Origin: Potamilus streckersoni
Taxonomy: Eukaryota
Reading direction: 5' to 3'
DNA: 64,000 bases
Assembly (NCBI GenBank): GCA_016746295.1
Contig: JAEAOA010000900.1
Coordinates: 2,618,807-2,682,806, forward strand
The position numbers were made by a program, and so were the translations under genes. The first letter of the stretch is position 1. Each line of letters opens with the position of its first letter. Shown one piece after another: positions 41,244-54,885 of this stretch. The notes under the pieces were generated by a model. It did not search any database, was not told where the DNA came from, and worked only from the letters and a program-made list of their open reading frames with translations.

Positions 41244-41719
41244 CTGCAGGTAGTAATGGAATTTAGTAAAAAGACAGTGCCAAACATAAGCAACCGTAAT
41301 AATAATAATAATATAATAACCAGTCGTGTAATGCTTAACAAAGAAGCAATAAAACGCAATAAAGAAGTGAAGAAATGCATTTTACTCAGATGACGTGGGA
41401 TTTGGGTGCGGGGTAATGGAGAGCACAAAAAGTAAGATAACGAGCACAAAAAAAGTAAGCGAATGCCGGTTACGCGTTTCCACAGCACTATACCCCTGAT
41501 ATAAAAATAAAGAGATAGATATGTATAGGAAATATGCTCAGGTAGAGAAGTGAACGATGAAAGCATGCCAGGAAGAATATCATTCCTGGCCTTAATCAAG
41601 TAAACCTTTACAGGTGTCATGGCAATGAAAATAATTGGAATACTAATTGCGGTGAAATATAAAAAGAATATCCGAACGAGAACAAAATTGACACGCGGTA
41701 ACTCTGGGTACATATAAAA

Positions 41720-41950
41720 TAATCGGAACGCTGATGTACTTATTCTTAACAGTAAACAAAAACTACTCCGATTCCAATAGTACGCTGATGTGCTTATTCC
41801 CAGCCGCATGCAAAATCAGTACGCTGATGTACTGGTTCCTACCATCAGACAAAACCGGCATGCTGTGACGATGCTGATTTTACAAACAGCAGACGAAACC
41901 GATACGCTGATGAGACTGATTCCTTATGAGAGAGGGAACAAGTGACTGTT
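41720..41950. repeat. Degenerate ~45 bp tandem repeat x5 (TACGCTGATGTRCTKRTTCC...AAAAC) in a CTLD-gene intron
   Basis: TACGCTGATG recurs at about 41722, 41775, 41819 and 41900, with matching downstream blocks. Confidence 0.55.
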
Positions 41951-42818
41951 CCCTTTTGGATAACCATTTTATATTAAGTACAGCCACCCAACGAGAAGTA
42001 GCTTTGTTTATAGCTCCGTTGTTAGTTTTATCAGTATGGCTGTACAGACAGTGAAAGGTGGCCCAACCTGACGAGAAGAATTAGACGGAGAGACTACTGA
42101 TGCTTGCACAAGACCAGACACTCAATAAGTCGCATGGTACGTAGAATCAAGATGCCGATTCACCGCAAATATTGTACGAGGATATAAAAGAGACAACAAG
42201 CTTGATATTGGATTTTTCTTTTAGAAAAACGCAAAAGTGGTTCAAAGAATGCTCAGAAAAAGAAGAAAAGGTACAAAAAGCAATTAGGAATACCAGAAAC
42301 TTTGAAAACAATGACAACTTCATTGTGCTGTGTTGAACTCACTGCGCACTGCTTCTTTTGCCTTTTTGACGAAAAGAGTGCGTGCTTGTTTATCTTTTAA
42401 CAGAGAATCTTCCAATAGTAAGAGAGAAAATGGAAACTTTATCATAATAACAAGACAAAGAACGGAATAGTAGTATGCATGTTAGAATGAAAATGGCTGA
42501 GAACAGCTGGACCAAATTACCGTTGGACTTTGATTCATATACAAAACAGGAAACCTACAGAAGATTAGATATTCTACCATTGGCCAAGTGAGGAATCTGA
42601 CTTGAAAAACATATGAAGCTAAGATGAAAACAATTTCTATTGATCATATATGAAATCATTTGAGAATGCTAAAAATAAATTGGAACTAACTTAAAAAAGG
42701 GTGGAAGACATTGAAGATTCACAATCCATGACAACTGCGACAATTAATTCTTAATATTTATGTGTAAAAATCCAATTTGGACTGAATTACATCATTGTAA
42801 ATTTTTGATACAATACAA

Positions 42819-43007
42819 CAGAGGCGTAGCTATGATATTTTGCGCCCGGGGACAAACTATAAAATTGGCGCCCCAGCCCCCTCCCCGTGTAATCACATTT
42901 TTCTATTTTACTTATTATAATGTAACGTTGTCAGCCTCATTTTGGCGCCCTGTACCTTGGCGCTCGGGGACATATGTACCCCCTGCCCCACCCTAGCTAC
43001 GCCTCTG
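42819..43007. mobile_element. MITE with 14 bp terminal inverted repeats (CAGAGGCGTAGCTA) and a perfect 8 bp target-site duplication (CAATACAA); hAT-like
   Basis: The 8 bp target-site duplication is at 42811-42818 and 43008-43015. The terminal repeats are perfect reverse complements. The interior is GC-rich with duplicated TTGGCGCCC...CCCC submotifs. The ORF 42760-42996 that overlaps it is an artefact. Confidence 0.65.
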
Positions 43008-44099
43008 CAATACAATACTCACATTCCCATCATGTTATATTGTGAAAGTAATTGCTGATTTTGATACGATCCCTATTCTAAACCAAACTTTTAAAATGTC
43101 ATGCCGTGACTCTGCCGCTTCCAGTTTATTCTAGTCCTGGGTAAACAATAATTGCCAATAATACTGAAGCTAGCATATTCACTGCGTAACATACCATAAG
43201 TGCATACCCTCGAAAATGGAACAAAAGAGACAAAAGCAAGCATTGAATAAAATACATAAGCCACCGGGAGGGGAAGTTTGAAGTATTATCCTTTACCTTA
43301 ATACAAATAATGAGTGGCTGTACCCCGACGGTTTAAGACAATTATCACTTAATAGGTGATGGGTTATATTCTGAACCGCGCAACGTAGTCACCTTGGGAT
43401 GAACTGATTAGAAGATATAGACAGTTTTCCTAGAGAGCAGTGCATGTGGCCACACTGGTCGACCGCTGAGTCTGTGTTTTAGGTGTTGCTACTTACTAGA
43501 TAAAAAAAATATTCGACTCCGCTTTTTATTAACATTCGCGAAAGAGTATTCTGATTCGAATATTCAGTTGTTTGTGTTAGATATGTATGGTAACGACACA
43601 AGATAACAATCAGGAAGAGTGTGAGGAGGACAGTAACCATCTGGTACGGTTTGGACCGAAAGCTAAGAGAGACCAAATGTGATTGGTAATTTGGTAATTA
43701 TATCCTATAATCTATGAAACAAAATAAGAAACAAAGTACAATGCAAACATCTAACCCACTGCAAAACAAAAAACAACAAAATACACCCAGCACTCCTCAG
43801 TATGGCAAGCGAAGTGACTGCAGGAATAAAGCAACAAAGACCAGCATAACTCCAACAAAACATGGGTGAAAATCTTGTTTTTATTTCAACTTCTTTTTTC
43901 TATGGAAGACAAAAAGAGAAATATATGGCACAAATCGTCTTTATTGAAACATGATCTGAACAAAGACATGTTGCGCTCAATTATCAGTGTCTTTCCCCAC
44001 AGTAGGCTTTATATACCGACATTTTAAAATACATTCTTTTTAGGAATGCAGTTGCCATGGGCATCGAGAGCATACATTTATCAAAGCTTGCCACTGGTC

Positions 44100-44101
<2 letters not shown>

Positions 44102-44186
<85 letters not shown>
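44102..44186. repeat. (GA)n microsatellite in the intron immediately 3' of the CTLD3 middle exon
   Basis: Direct read. Confidence 0.95.
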
Positions 44187-44189
<3 letters not shown>

Positions 44190-44193
44190 TTAC

Positions 44194-44312
44194 ATAAGAA
44201 TCGATTGTGAGGACATTCCATCAGCCCAGACGTAAGTACCTTCAACAGCTCTGTCATTCAACCCCACCCAGTATTGCCGTGTTTTCGCCATCATCTGGGT
44301 TGTAATCCATGC
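44194..44312 (-). CDS. C-type lectin domain 3, middle exon (AWITTQMMAKTRQYWVGLNDRAVEGTYVWADGMSSQSIL)
   Basis: YWVGLND and EGTYVWADG motifs. Acceptor ctttttag| in phase 0, with an in-frame stop just upstream. Donor AT|GTAAGT. Exon is 119 nt. The (GA)n microsatellite lies in the downstream intron. Confidence 0.75.
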
Positions 44313-46432
44313 CTAAAAAGATTATTGGATCTATCAATCATTTTGTTTTCCTGATTTAACTTTCGTATCTTTCTTTCTGTTAAGTTCGTGTTTGATTTGA
44401 AAATACATAAAATGGTCAGCATTTCGTCACGATGTCTTACTTACTTTAAACGAACCTTCCGAAGAATATTCAATATCCTAAGCGGTGCTTATAATAATAT
44501 TGTACAGAATATTGTTTGTTGGCCTCTTTTTTCTTAAGCAAAGTTATTTTAATTTGTTTACCAGAAGAAATATTTTGTTATTGTTAATTATTGACAGGTA
44601 TACGTTTCTTTTGATTCAAGAAACGTGTGCATCTACAAATGAGTAACCATACTTGTGCAAGATCCATAAATCGTACGTTTTTTGATTATTATACGACCCT
44701 GACATCAAACCTTAGCGCTTGTTTGTATAACGCTGTGATTTGCTTGCCTTCTTTTTCTCCCCTGTATTTTAGACTATATTTTGTCAAGATTGTAAACTTT
44801 AAGATTAAAAAAAAATAACTTATTGAGTAAAATGTAAAATAATATTTATCTCAAAGTTTTATTTTAAGCTGTTGAAATAAATTAATGTTTTAATTATAAG
44901 CTATTGACATATAACACATATACGGATAATATGCACGTCTTCGTTGCATACTTGGATTTATTATTTTTTTATCATCAAAACATTATGTTAAATATTGACC
45001 TATCCAGAGAAGTGTAGCTTCCGTTTTGATAGAATTTGTATTTTTCCTCATCTTTTTGGTAAAAATTAATTTTGTGTTGCAGTTTGTTTTTATACCATTA
45101 GTACTTTGTCCAAGAACTCGTCTATGGGAAGATTGTATTACTTGTCCCTGCCTTGCTGTATTCAAAATAATACACGTCCTTGATACACGGCTTATATTTT
45201 CATTAACGAAAGATCTTCTAAATAAACATAAACAAAGAGACAAGATTTGTAACTTGGAAAATAACACATGACCTTTGATTTGTTAATGATATTAGCGTTT
45301 ACATTGATGTCTTTTAGTGATCTGAGTGTCATTGTAAAGTCAATTTTTAATTTTCATAGAGCTACATAATTCCTTAGAGTTAGTTACGTGAGTGGTTTAA
45401 AGAAAGAAAATATTTCATCCAGTCAGTGTTACCGTTGCTTCAGATCACCGCTATTTTCAAGACATGCTGTTGAGCCAAAGAAATGATGACAGTAAATGTG
45501 TATATATTTACGTAATTGCATTTCACACAAAAAAATTCTGTCAGTCCCAATTTCCACCAATATGTATCCCAAAATAAACTGTGTCACAAAAGGAAAGACT
45601 GTATAATATACCATGCACACAACTGAAAGTCCGTCAAGAATTCACATATTTTGTCTTTGGATGCATTCGAAATTTATTTTATGAATGCACATTTGAATTA
45701 GTCAAAATCTCTGGCTAAAACACAGAAGTTTATGCCATATCTAATAAAACCATGGCCAAATGATGGGTCAACTTCTTGTTATATGGCGATATGAACACCA
45801 CTAAGGCCAAATACAAAAATATCTGTAGTACTGGTTCCTAAAAGGTCTTATTTGTTTCCTGCGGATCTACATATTATTAGAGTGGTGGGAGTGGGATTGT
45901 AGAAAAATTCAGGATGTATCTTCTAGTTTATGCTTGTTGAAATCCCCCATACCAAATAATGCTTCTACCGAATTGCTTCCCGTAATTTGTTATTATTGTA
46001 ACCAAAATCGTCAATATTTTTTAGTTTGGTATTGTCGCCTTTAAACTGAATTATAATAAAATATTTGCTTGGAATGACAATTTCTCTGCCGTGAAATTTT
46101 ATATTTATTATGTTATCATCTGCAGCTTTCCTACACATTAAACATGTATAAAGCATGCACATTATGGAGCGTCTCTTTTCTAATGAGCCAATCTTTCTGA
46201 AACAGAGAACCAGTCATAAAACCTCTATGCTACACTCGTATGATTCGTAAAATACTGGTTGCGTCTTTGCTTGCCAAGAATAGCTAAAAAAGTGATTGTA
46301 CGACTCTTATCCAGGGAAGTTTTCCATTCCAGCGTTCTTATTAAGAAGAAACGTGGTTTCACACGTGTAGGAGGTAAACAAAGATTGTTTGTTTCTATAA
46401 ATAATAAATATGTTTTAAAGACTGTGAATTAC

Positions 46433-46590
46433 TTTTTCGTCTTTGTTTTCCACCTTCAGCAAATCTCCATCAACTGCTTGACAGAAGTCTCTAGCATCGG
46501 ACCAAGTGTTTGGAGGCGCATCGAAAAACTTGTAGCATTTCTTTCCTGCTCTGTTCCACAATCCACAACCCATATTGGTTATCTCATAGG
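46433..46590 (-). CDS. C-type lectin domain 3, N-terminal exon (AYEITNMGCGLWNRAGKKCYKFFDAPPNTWSDARDFCQAVDGDLLKVENKDEK)
   Basis: CTLD N-terminal signature. Acceptor ccttgtag|CC in phase 1; donor AAA|GTAATT in phase 0. Exon is 158 nt. Confidence 0.75.
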
Positions 46591-46829
46591 CTACAAGGTT
46601 AACATTCTTGAGTTAATATATTCTGATTTGCGAATTAAATATTTTGTTTGATTACTAATATATCATGCTTTCAACATATAGTTAATGGAAGAAAGAAGAG
46701 TAAAGCCTTCGTTCGCGAACAAATTCAGATTCATCGTAAACTGTCAATTAGATCTGGCCTGGCGAACGTTTTTTCTTAATCACCGTTCTGCATTTTTTGA
46801 CATCACCAACACAATTATCACTATTACAC

Positions 46830-46871
<42 letters not shown>

Positions 46872-46879
46872 CAGCAGCA
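46830..46879. repeat. (TAG)n then (CAG)3 trinucleotide microsatellite
   Basis: Direct read. Confidence 0.9.
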
Positions 46880-47034
46880 ACGTCCTGAGAAAATGGATCG
46901 ATAAATTAGTTAAAAATAATCATTAGTTTTGCAGAATGCTCCGAAGAACAAGAGAATAAGACAGTCTCTTAGAGATTTTAAACAATCGCCTCTGCAAGAA
47001 TAATTCTGATAAATGCAGTATGGCAACAACGTAC

Positions 47035-47165
47035 CTACATTTTGAGGCTTTTTACAGATAAAATTGTGGTTCGAGTTACAGTTCTGGTCACTAAAATTCC
47101 CATTCATCCTTATCATGGCACAGCTCTCTATACCGCCGACATTGTCAGGTTCTGCCACCCATGAA
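47035..47165 (-). CDS. C-type lectin domain 2, C-terminal exon (ISWVAEPDNVGGIESCAMIRMNGNFSDQNCNSNHNFICKKPQNV)
   Basis: EPD triplet, GxESC, xxD..C and FICKKP motifs. Acceptor tcttctccag|; donor G|GTACGT in phase 1. Exon is 131 nt. Confidence 0.75.
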
Positions 47166-48304
47166 CTGGAGAAGATATTAGAAGTTTAAATATATTTTTA
47201 TTGCAAACAGTGAAATTGGGAAAATGTTCTTAGAACCTTGAATTGCTTTCCCCATTTATAAAATTACTTCCATTGACACACATATACTTGTCTTTTACAA
47301 ACACGATGCATTAAACCTCTCTATTTTATCAAATTAGGAAGAAACAAAATAATAAGAATTCCACAATGAGGTTGTTGTCTACACGAGGTTAAACCATTTC
47401 GGTATAAACTACCCAAACACTGGAACCTTTATCATCTTTTAGGAGCTAAATAAAATATTTTTATAGCTTATGGTGTTTTAATTGAATCGTATTTTCCGCG
47501 TACATTTGTTCGCGCTAGTCAAAAATCGAGCTAGTAAACCAGGGAAAGTGCTTATAAAAATAGCTAAAAATTGGTATTTTGCCTTATCACTGTTCAAATA
47601 ATGAATTTTCCTTCAGCTACATTATATAGAAATTTAAGTACATTATTTTACCCTTCTCAAGATGATATTTGAAGAAAATATGACACGTTAAACCTATTGA
47701 AAATTCATTTTGAATATTTCATATACAATATTTCTTTTCAATACTGGGCAATCATTCTATATGCACATACTTTGGCATTCAAATCTCGAAGCATTCATAG
47801 TAAGCGAGATACCCGCGCATATGTTACAGACTTCATGCTGACTCATCCCAGTATATGTGTTTATGAATTACATTTATATACCCCATCAACCCGTTGTTGA
47901 AATTTCGAGACTTAACATTTTTTTTTAACAGAGAAATTTGCACTTGTTAAAAATGTGAAACTAAGTAGTAGAACCTGAAGTTGTCGCGTTTAAAATTAAA
48001 TTTTAATTTTACGAAAACTCTTATTTAATACAAATCTCTCTCTTTCAAAAGATAAATAGATTTAAAATATTGCGAGCTTTTTTGAATATATTATCAAGAT
48101 GCAGGTTTTATTCGATTGTGCGCTAGGAGTAAAATACTGTCTGAAAAGTTCCTATAATGTCTCCAGTAAGTTGTAGTATTTCAAATATATTTATTACAAC
48201 ACATATGTATTAACATTCCTGTGCTTTATAATAAACAAATATATAAATAAATAAAAAGTTGATAGTGTTCAAAAGCCAATGCATGGGTTTCATTTTGTAC
48301 TTAC

Positions 48305-48426
48305 ATATAATTATTATTGATAGGTTGTCCATTAACCAATTGCCATGTATTCTGCATGTATTTCAGACCTATCCAGTGTAACTTGCTGCTGACTGTTAGA
48401 TATGGTAACACTCCGGTGAGAAATGT
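48305..48426 (-). CDS. C-type lectin domain 2, middle exon (TFLTGVLPYLTVSSKLHWIGLKYMQNTWQLVNGQPINNNY)
   Basis: HWIGL and TWQLVNG motifs. Acceptor tattttttag|ACA in phase 0; an in-frame stop lies immediately upstream. Donor AT|GTAAGT leaves 2 extra bases. Exon is 122 nt. The frame is continuous with the C-terminal exon. Confidence 0.65.
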
Positions 48427-48650
48427 CTAAAAAATATTTTAAAGAAATTAAATGTCTAAAATATTATTGAATAGCTATTTAAAAGTTACCAGCAATAAAA
48501 TCAGACCGTGAAGTTTAAGACGAAGCTGTACGGTTAAGCTATTTACTTCAAAATAGTTTATGATGTCAAGCAGCAACAAATGAAACCGTAAAATATGTAC
48601 CTGTGACATTTCCATTTAGGACATGACTCCGAACGTGGAATGAGTTTTAT

Positions 48651-48885
48651 GTGTTATTTAGATTTTAAACATAGCTTTAACAATTTTTTTCAGTAAATGG
48701 TCGCAACGATATCTGCTGTATGGCAGTTTATGGTAATGTTTAGCTCTGAGGCATTATGCCGCAGGCATGTAACATCATGTCTCACAAAAAATCTCATAAT
48801 CCTGACGCAGACCAACCAGTCCTAACACTAACCTCTTAATGCTGAGCACCTAACTAGGCAGCTGTTGGTAACATTAAAAAGCAAA
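48651..48885 (-). mobile_element. tRNA-derived SINE, copy 5 (5'-truncated, lacks the tRNA-like head), in a CTLD-gene intron
   Basis: Matches the family body (GATTTTAAACATAGCTTTAACAATTTTTTTCAG...CCGCAGGCATGTAACATCATGTCTCAC...CCTCTTAATGCTGAGCACC) but stops before the head. Confidence 0.7.
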
Positions 48886-49192
48886 TGTTTTTCCTATGCT
48901 AATGATGCTTTAGTCACCGTATAATAGAATACAAACATTTCATCCATTTTCCTCAAACAGCTGCTAAGTTAGAAAACAGAAAGGATATGTAGATTTACTA
49001 ATTTTCAAATACAAACTCAAATGGTTCTAACATTATAAGGCGAAATGTGAAGTGTGATGGAAAAAATAAACTACGATATGAGAATATTGTCCCATGCGTT
49101 TACTTAAATGCGGGTAAGAAAAAATTTCACATTAGTAAATTTATTGTTGATGATGGGGGCGTTTATTTATTCTTCACGATACGATAACATAC

Positions 49193-49374
49193 TGTGTCGT
49201 TATTGCCATTAATGGAAAGCAGATCCCCTCCAGTAAAGCCAGCGGCCTTGGCCAACGTGTTGCATCTTTGTCTGGCTTGATCCCACGAGATCATCTCTTG
49301 AGGCTGTGTAACGTTGGCTATCCAATAGCATTTGATGTCACTATTTAGCCAGCCTTTTCCAACACATCCACCAT
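49193..49374 (-). CDS. C-type lectin domain 2, N-terminal exon (DGGCVGKGWLNSDIKCYWIANVTQPQEMISWDQARQRCNTLAKAAGFTGGDLLSINGNNDT)
   Basis: CTLD N-terminal signature. Acceptor aacattttccag|AT in phase 1, which matches the phase-1 end of the previous C-terminal exon. Donor ACA|GTATGT in phase 0. Exon is 182 nt. Confidence 0.75.
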
Positions 49375-50250
49375 CTGGAAAATGTTTGGAGTAAAACTCC
49401 TGAGTACTTTTGATGCTTGAGCGCTAAACACACACACAAACAGTGCACGAGCATGAAAGTAGGCATTTGAACATTAATTTTATCTTGAACACTTTGATTT
49501 GGAAAATACTTTGTTGACAGAAAATTACGACAAATATGTACAAATACATTCAACATGTCTTTTCAAACAAAACCTACACATGTCTGCAGAAATTGTTCTA
49601 ACATCATGATGCAGGTGCAAAAAAGGTAGTGAAATTACACATGATGGACTCATTATTATGAGTACTTCCTTTTTATAAAACTTTTGACCGGAAAATACAA
49701 AATATTTATACAAGGGTGTGAAAGCAAAAATGATAGGTCAATATAATCGACACAATCATGCAAATAAATTTCATACATCATCATCTAGTTTTTAAAATGT
49801 GGTAAAATTACAGGACGCATCTTGATCTATAGAAAACATTGATATACTTGTAGGACTCCACCAAATTGACAGAGGCTAATTCCTTGACTATCTCAAGATT
49901 TAAGTTCTACTTGTAGATGATTGGGGGGAGGAGGGAAGACCGGGTTGCATCCATAAGTCACACACTTTTAATATATATCATTTGAAATCATTTTTGTCTA
50001 CTTTAAGAAAACTGTTGTTGTGCTCTGTGGCGGTCATGTAAACATTGTATCTATTACATGTTCTATTTGTCAGTACAAATAAAGCGCGATCTAAATTTAA
50101 TTAGGTAATTACTTGTCTATGGTTGCGAAAAAAAACCAGTCTAATTGGATTTTCCAGTAAATCTGATGATGAATGTATTTGTTTGACCTGCAAAGGATGG
50201 CTAGACTTTGGTATCACATATTGTAGGATGTTATTCTTAGCGGAGTAGAT

Positions 50251-50254
50251 ATTA

Positions 50255-50316
<62 letters not shown>

Positions 50317-50317
50317 G
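50251..50317. repeat. (TTA)n microsatellite
   Basis: Direct read. Confidence 0.95.
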
Positions 50318-52786
50318 CTTTATCTTAATTTATTCCAAACAACTGTAGGTAAAGTCCTTATACTTGATAGTATTCGTTTAAAAGAGTTAAATAATTACTA
50401 GGTCAGTGTGACCTACTACAAAGCTTCAGTAACTGTGTGAAGATTTTAACATGATTCATTCTTCTGGTACTATTTATTGTCATTATATTGTGCAGCATTA
50501 TATGACAGTGCCATTGAATATGAGCTCAAAATGTGTCATTCAGCAAGATTACGACAATATAATTGCATATGGCCTAAAAATGTGTAATACATTAGATTAA
50601 TTGTTGTGTCTGTTGTAAGATGCACCATAATATTGCAATTGTTATAATTGTTCTCTTAGTTATTAAAACAGTCTTCGTTTCCTTTACGTGATTACAGTTC
50701 TTCGTATGTCAAATTCTCAAATCACGTGCATGATTCGTACTGCACAATGGTCGCTTTTATAGGGATATATTGGATCCCCGAAGACTTACTTCACCTTTAA
50801 CCTTTCATGATAGACATTCCTTAAGTGTGAACCTTCTCCAATTATCCAATGGAAAGTCAAGATTCTGCATTGAAGTTTGAGAATTAAAAGCCAGATTTTA
50901 GTATGTTCTGCTGCTCCAAAGCTAAATTTGTATGTATGAAGCTTTTAAATCCTTGTTTGATTATACCGTTTGGGTCCTTAGGGGCCATTGTTAACGTTTG
51001 CGTGGCTGCAATGACTGCATCTACGTCATAATTACCAAGTGAAGAAAAATCGTTTAAATTTTAACTACTTTAAATAGTTTTAAATAGGAATACAAAACGG
51101 CACACCCGAGTCGCAAGCCAACAAAGCATTTGCCATGGGAAGTTATTAACCTAAAAGTGGTGGTACTGACTGGCATATAGTATCAACTGGGTGTATACCC
51201 TTGCAGGTCCATTATATTCGTGAGCATTCCAGTTCGTATTCATAATCCGTTTGTGTAAGCCATTATAGAACATATTGCTAAATGAGGCATTAAAATGTCA
51301 AGATCAGAGAACTATAAAATTCAGCCTTCTCCGATCTCCATGCATTGCATAAAGTAGAATCTGAGAGTCCGCTAAAGTCTTCTATGTTCTTCATTCATTT
51401 TGCGCGAGGTATGTTGACATTTTCTAGCTTTACAAAAGTTTCAGAAGTGCATATTTGATTGTTTAGATATGAGTGGTCTTGTTGCTTTTTTAAACAGAAA
51501 GAACTTGAAATACTTTGCGCAAAATGAATAAATATCTTGGGGTGTTTAGACTCACGACCAGCTGTGAGTTAATCTTTTTTTTTTCTCCTACTCATCCTAG
51601 ACTCATATTTAGCTATGTGCTTTTTTTCTTCCCCCGTTTTCATTATGGCGATTATATTATCGGTCAAAACTAACACTACAGAATATGCAAAGTCAGCCCA
51701 TTTTATCTGATCCTCCATGAACTCATCATCAAGAGCTCCAAAAGAGTATTTCATTTTACGTCTAGTAATTCTGTTCCATTAACATTCTAAGCTTTATCAA
51801 AATCAGGAAGCTCGGTATGTGCATCTGCTAACTTGTCCATCTTTTAACTCGAATCCCATGAATAGTTCGATTCAATTACTTCCTTACAAGCAGGTGAGCT
51901 GCTTCACAATCCATATAAAAGTATATAGGAGAAGATTTCCTCTTGATGTCATATAACAACAGCAGATGGCACGAACCCCTATTAGGTTAGTCCGACGAGT
52001 CTAGAACTCATCCACTGATCGCATCATATATATGTTAAAGGATGGGATAAGACTATAATTTCAAGATATTGCAGTTTAAAACACATGTTCTATTTCTTCA
52101 CGCTAGTGAAACTCTATGACCATATGGCTTGGATTTGCATCAGTTCTTTTCACGACATTGACCAACTGCCTCACAAACATGAAACTATAATAAGTAAGAT
52201 AAGTTGCGACGTCAGTATTTCCGCTGCTACTTTATTTTTAAAAGTTAACGTGTCTTTGTTTGAAGCCAATTATAAGTTTAAATATTTTTGTTGAAGTATA
52301 GTGGATAATGATTATTACAGTGTGTATCACTTACCAAAGCTTATGAATATTAATAAAATGTTTCTTAGCAAAGCCAAAATTGTAATTTTCAAAGACAAAA
52401 GACAATTATGAACGAAATTGTACATACAGGAGACAAAAGTAAAATTTGAACAGTGAAATATGCGCTTTGCTCAGATCATAAGCAAAGCATAGATTTTAAA
52501 TTAATCTGGTTTCCATTAAATAAAAAGGTCATGTTGTTTAACCAAAATATTTTGTATTTTTTGCCGAGACCAATTTATGCCGCTATAACAAGCATTAAAT
52601 TGTCAATAGACCTGATAACGTCTGAATTCTAAAACAAAACTCATTTGAAAGTGCCGAAAATGAGCTTTTGAATTATGTATGTTCTTGGCGTGTGACTCGT
52701 GGATGCATTAAAATAAAAAAAAAAATCTAAAGGCCTTTATCCCATTGTCGCCTCTTTACCTAATATTATTCATGCAAGTGGCTTAC

Positions 52787-52911
52787 CAACCATAGGTGCC
52801 TCACAGATGTAACTCTGTCTAGATTTACAGTCGGTGTCCTCTATTTTACCCTGTATGTTAACTCCTGCACAATTAGATATACCGTCATTCTGAGGTGAGA
52901 TGTTCCATAAT
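52787..52911 (-). CDS. C-type lectin domain 1, C-terminal exon (ILWNISPQNDGISNCAGVNIQGKIEDTDCKSRQSYICEAPMV)
   Basis: Shows the W..(E)PN-like triplet, CAG, D.C and YICE motifs. Acceptor ttatttatttattcag| follows the (TAAA)n tract. Donor G|GTAAGC in phase 1. Exon is 125 nt. Confidence 0.75.
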
Positions 52912-52914
52912 CTG

Positions 52915-52916
52915 AA

Positions 52917-52987
<71 letters not shown>
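52915..52987. repeat. (TAAA)n microsatellite abutting the acceptor of the CTLD1 C-terminal exon
   Basis: Direct read. On the minus strand it forms the polypyrimidine tract ...TTTATTTATTCAG|. Confidence 0.95.
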
Positions 52988-54108
52988 CCCTGCTATATGT
53001 AAAACATATTTACGTGGGCGAGTCTAATTTTTTGACAACAGAGGTAAGTTCCCCTTCATCGATAAGCTCTAAATAATTTCGCAAATTTACGTGACTTTGA
53101 GAGTTACATTCTTTGAAACAGATGTATTCAAGAGTTACACCTTTTAATTTGTTCAATATTTGCTTAGAAATATTATTAAAAATATTAAAACTAGACATTG
53201 CAAATACTGGATGAATTCGACAAACGTTTCCTCTGACTGAGAACTGACGGTTCTAAATACAGGTAAAGGAAAATGAAAAGTCTGTCTGGCTTACATGGTT
53301 GGCTTCAGCCTGATTTGAAACGCCAATAAGATGACAAAATTAGGAGTCACCTGGTGACCAGCAAGTTAGAAATTACAAATTGACTTAGTGACTTATAAGG
53401 ATTTTGTATTTTGTATATTATCAAAACTTTTAGCTTTTAAAATCGGTATAGGAGTACAAACAAACGAAATGGCACGTAAAAATATCATCGATACTAGTTT
53501 TTATATTAATGCGGCATTTAAAGGTTTCATTACTGAGTATTATTGATACGATTACTATCTCTTTCATAACAGACTAAGATTTCTATGCACACGATGAAAT
53601 GTTCGACGTTTATATTTTTTTAATGAAAGTGTTTATTATATTCCCAAGTTAGATAACATATTAAAATTTCACATATTTTCAAGAATCGCGTGTGAATTTA
53701 ATTCAAAAGCGAACGAGAGAAGTAGGATATTACTTGTCTCTAGAACAACATAGCCTCAACATGTAATGAAACCGGAATTGACTTTTCAGCATTTTACTTC
53801 CTCAATGAGTTTTCTTAGCAGAATAGTTCGATTCAATATTAGATCGGCGCATGAGACGAGACTTTCAAGTTTCTATTCCCGTAACACCCTTTTGATAGGC
53901 TTCCACTTTAATATTGCAGTATTCATATATAGCTTGCTTCATCATGGTGAAAAGGAAGTGCAAAGTTCATTGGAGGTGTCGGGTGGCGGTGGACCACTTC
54001 AGGTTCGAAGCAAGGACACTACTCTCACTTACATTAAATAAGCTCTTTACAGTTTGTGTCATCATAAAGATCTAAGCAATAAAAAATTGAATATTTGGTT
54101 TTACTTAC

Positions 54109-54251
54109 ATTAAATTATCTACTGGGAACTCGTTACTCCCCCATCTCCAGTGAGAGTTTCCTTGCATGCTGCTTCCGTCTGGCGGGAGATCATTTAAATC
54201 TGTCCAGTAACCATCTGAGGGCACTTTGTTTACATAGCTCAAAAACCACTT
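54109..54251 (-). CDS. C-type lectin domain 1, middle exon (KWFLSYVNKVPSDGYWTDLNDLPPDGSSMQGNSHWRWGSNEFPVDNL)
   Basis: WxDLND and DGS motifs typical of a CTLD middle exon. Acceptor ttgtcgcag| in phase 0; donor AT|GTAAGT leaves 2 extra bases. Exon is 143 nt. Phase-compatible with both flanking exons. Confidence 0.7.
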
Positions 54252-54882
54252 CTGCGACAAAGAGTTAAAGACGGTTATTTTCCCGTAACTGACATTTAGG
54301 TTTCTATGCAAATGTGTTCTAACACATTTATAAACACAATTAAAAAACAGTCTTGGTGTAGTGTGCATTTTTTTGTAAAGCATTAACTTATATCCGTTTC
54401 TTTATATCCTCGCTAATGCGTCGTCTTTTAAGGAACATTATTTTATCTTAATGTGCAAATGAGTGAAGCACATTCTAATTTTACTTGCAATACATGCAGA
54501 AGAAGCTTACAGAGTACCTACTATATACTTATCTTTTGTATACCACATGTGCTTTAGGTGTTGATTAGTTAGTTCCTTATACACTTCAGACATTACATTC
54601 TGGTTCACTTTTGCAATTATACGTGTCAGAATTAACGTTTTGAGTCAATTTCTCGTTGACTGAAGAGTTGAATGTATATAAAGGACATGTGTACAGGCAT
54701 ACTAAACGATATACGACTAAATATTCATGATGCAAATTTTATTACATTTCAATTCGTGCAAAATTGTATGAAGGAATCTGAAATATTTTCATAACCTTGA
54801 TGTCATTGTTTGTTTCGAAATGTATTATACCCATGTATTATGTTCATGGCCCGGACCACCTCCTTCTGCTCTTGCTGTCTGA

Positions 54883-54885
<3 letters not shown>

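Noticed and set aside
41030-41809. 259-aa minus-strand ORF, the longest in the window
   Set aside because: Only the C-terminal ~42 residues (41116-41243) carry the CTLD signature and splice signals. The upstream 210 residues are low-complexity read-through of intronic sequence, including the 45 bp tandem repeat.
42760-42996. 78-aa ORF with a proline-rich segment
   Set aside because: It lies entirely within the TIR/TSD-delimited MITE at 42819-43007 and looks like a GC-rich internal repeat rather than coding sequence.
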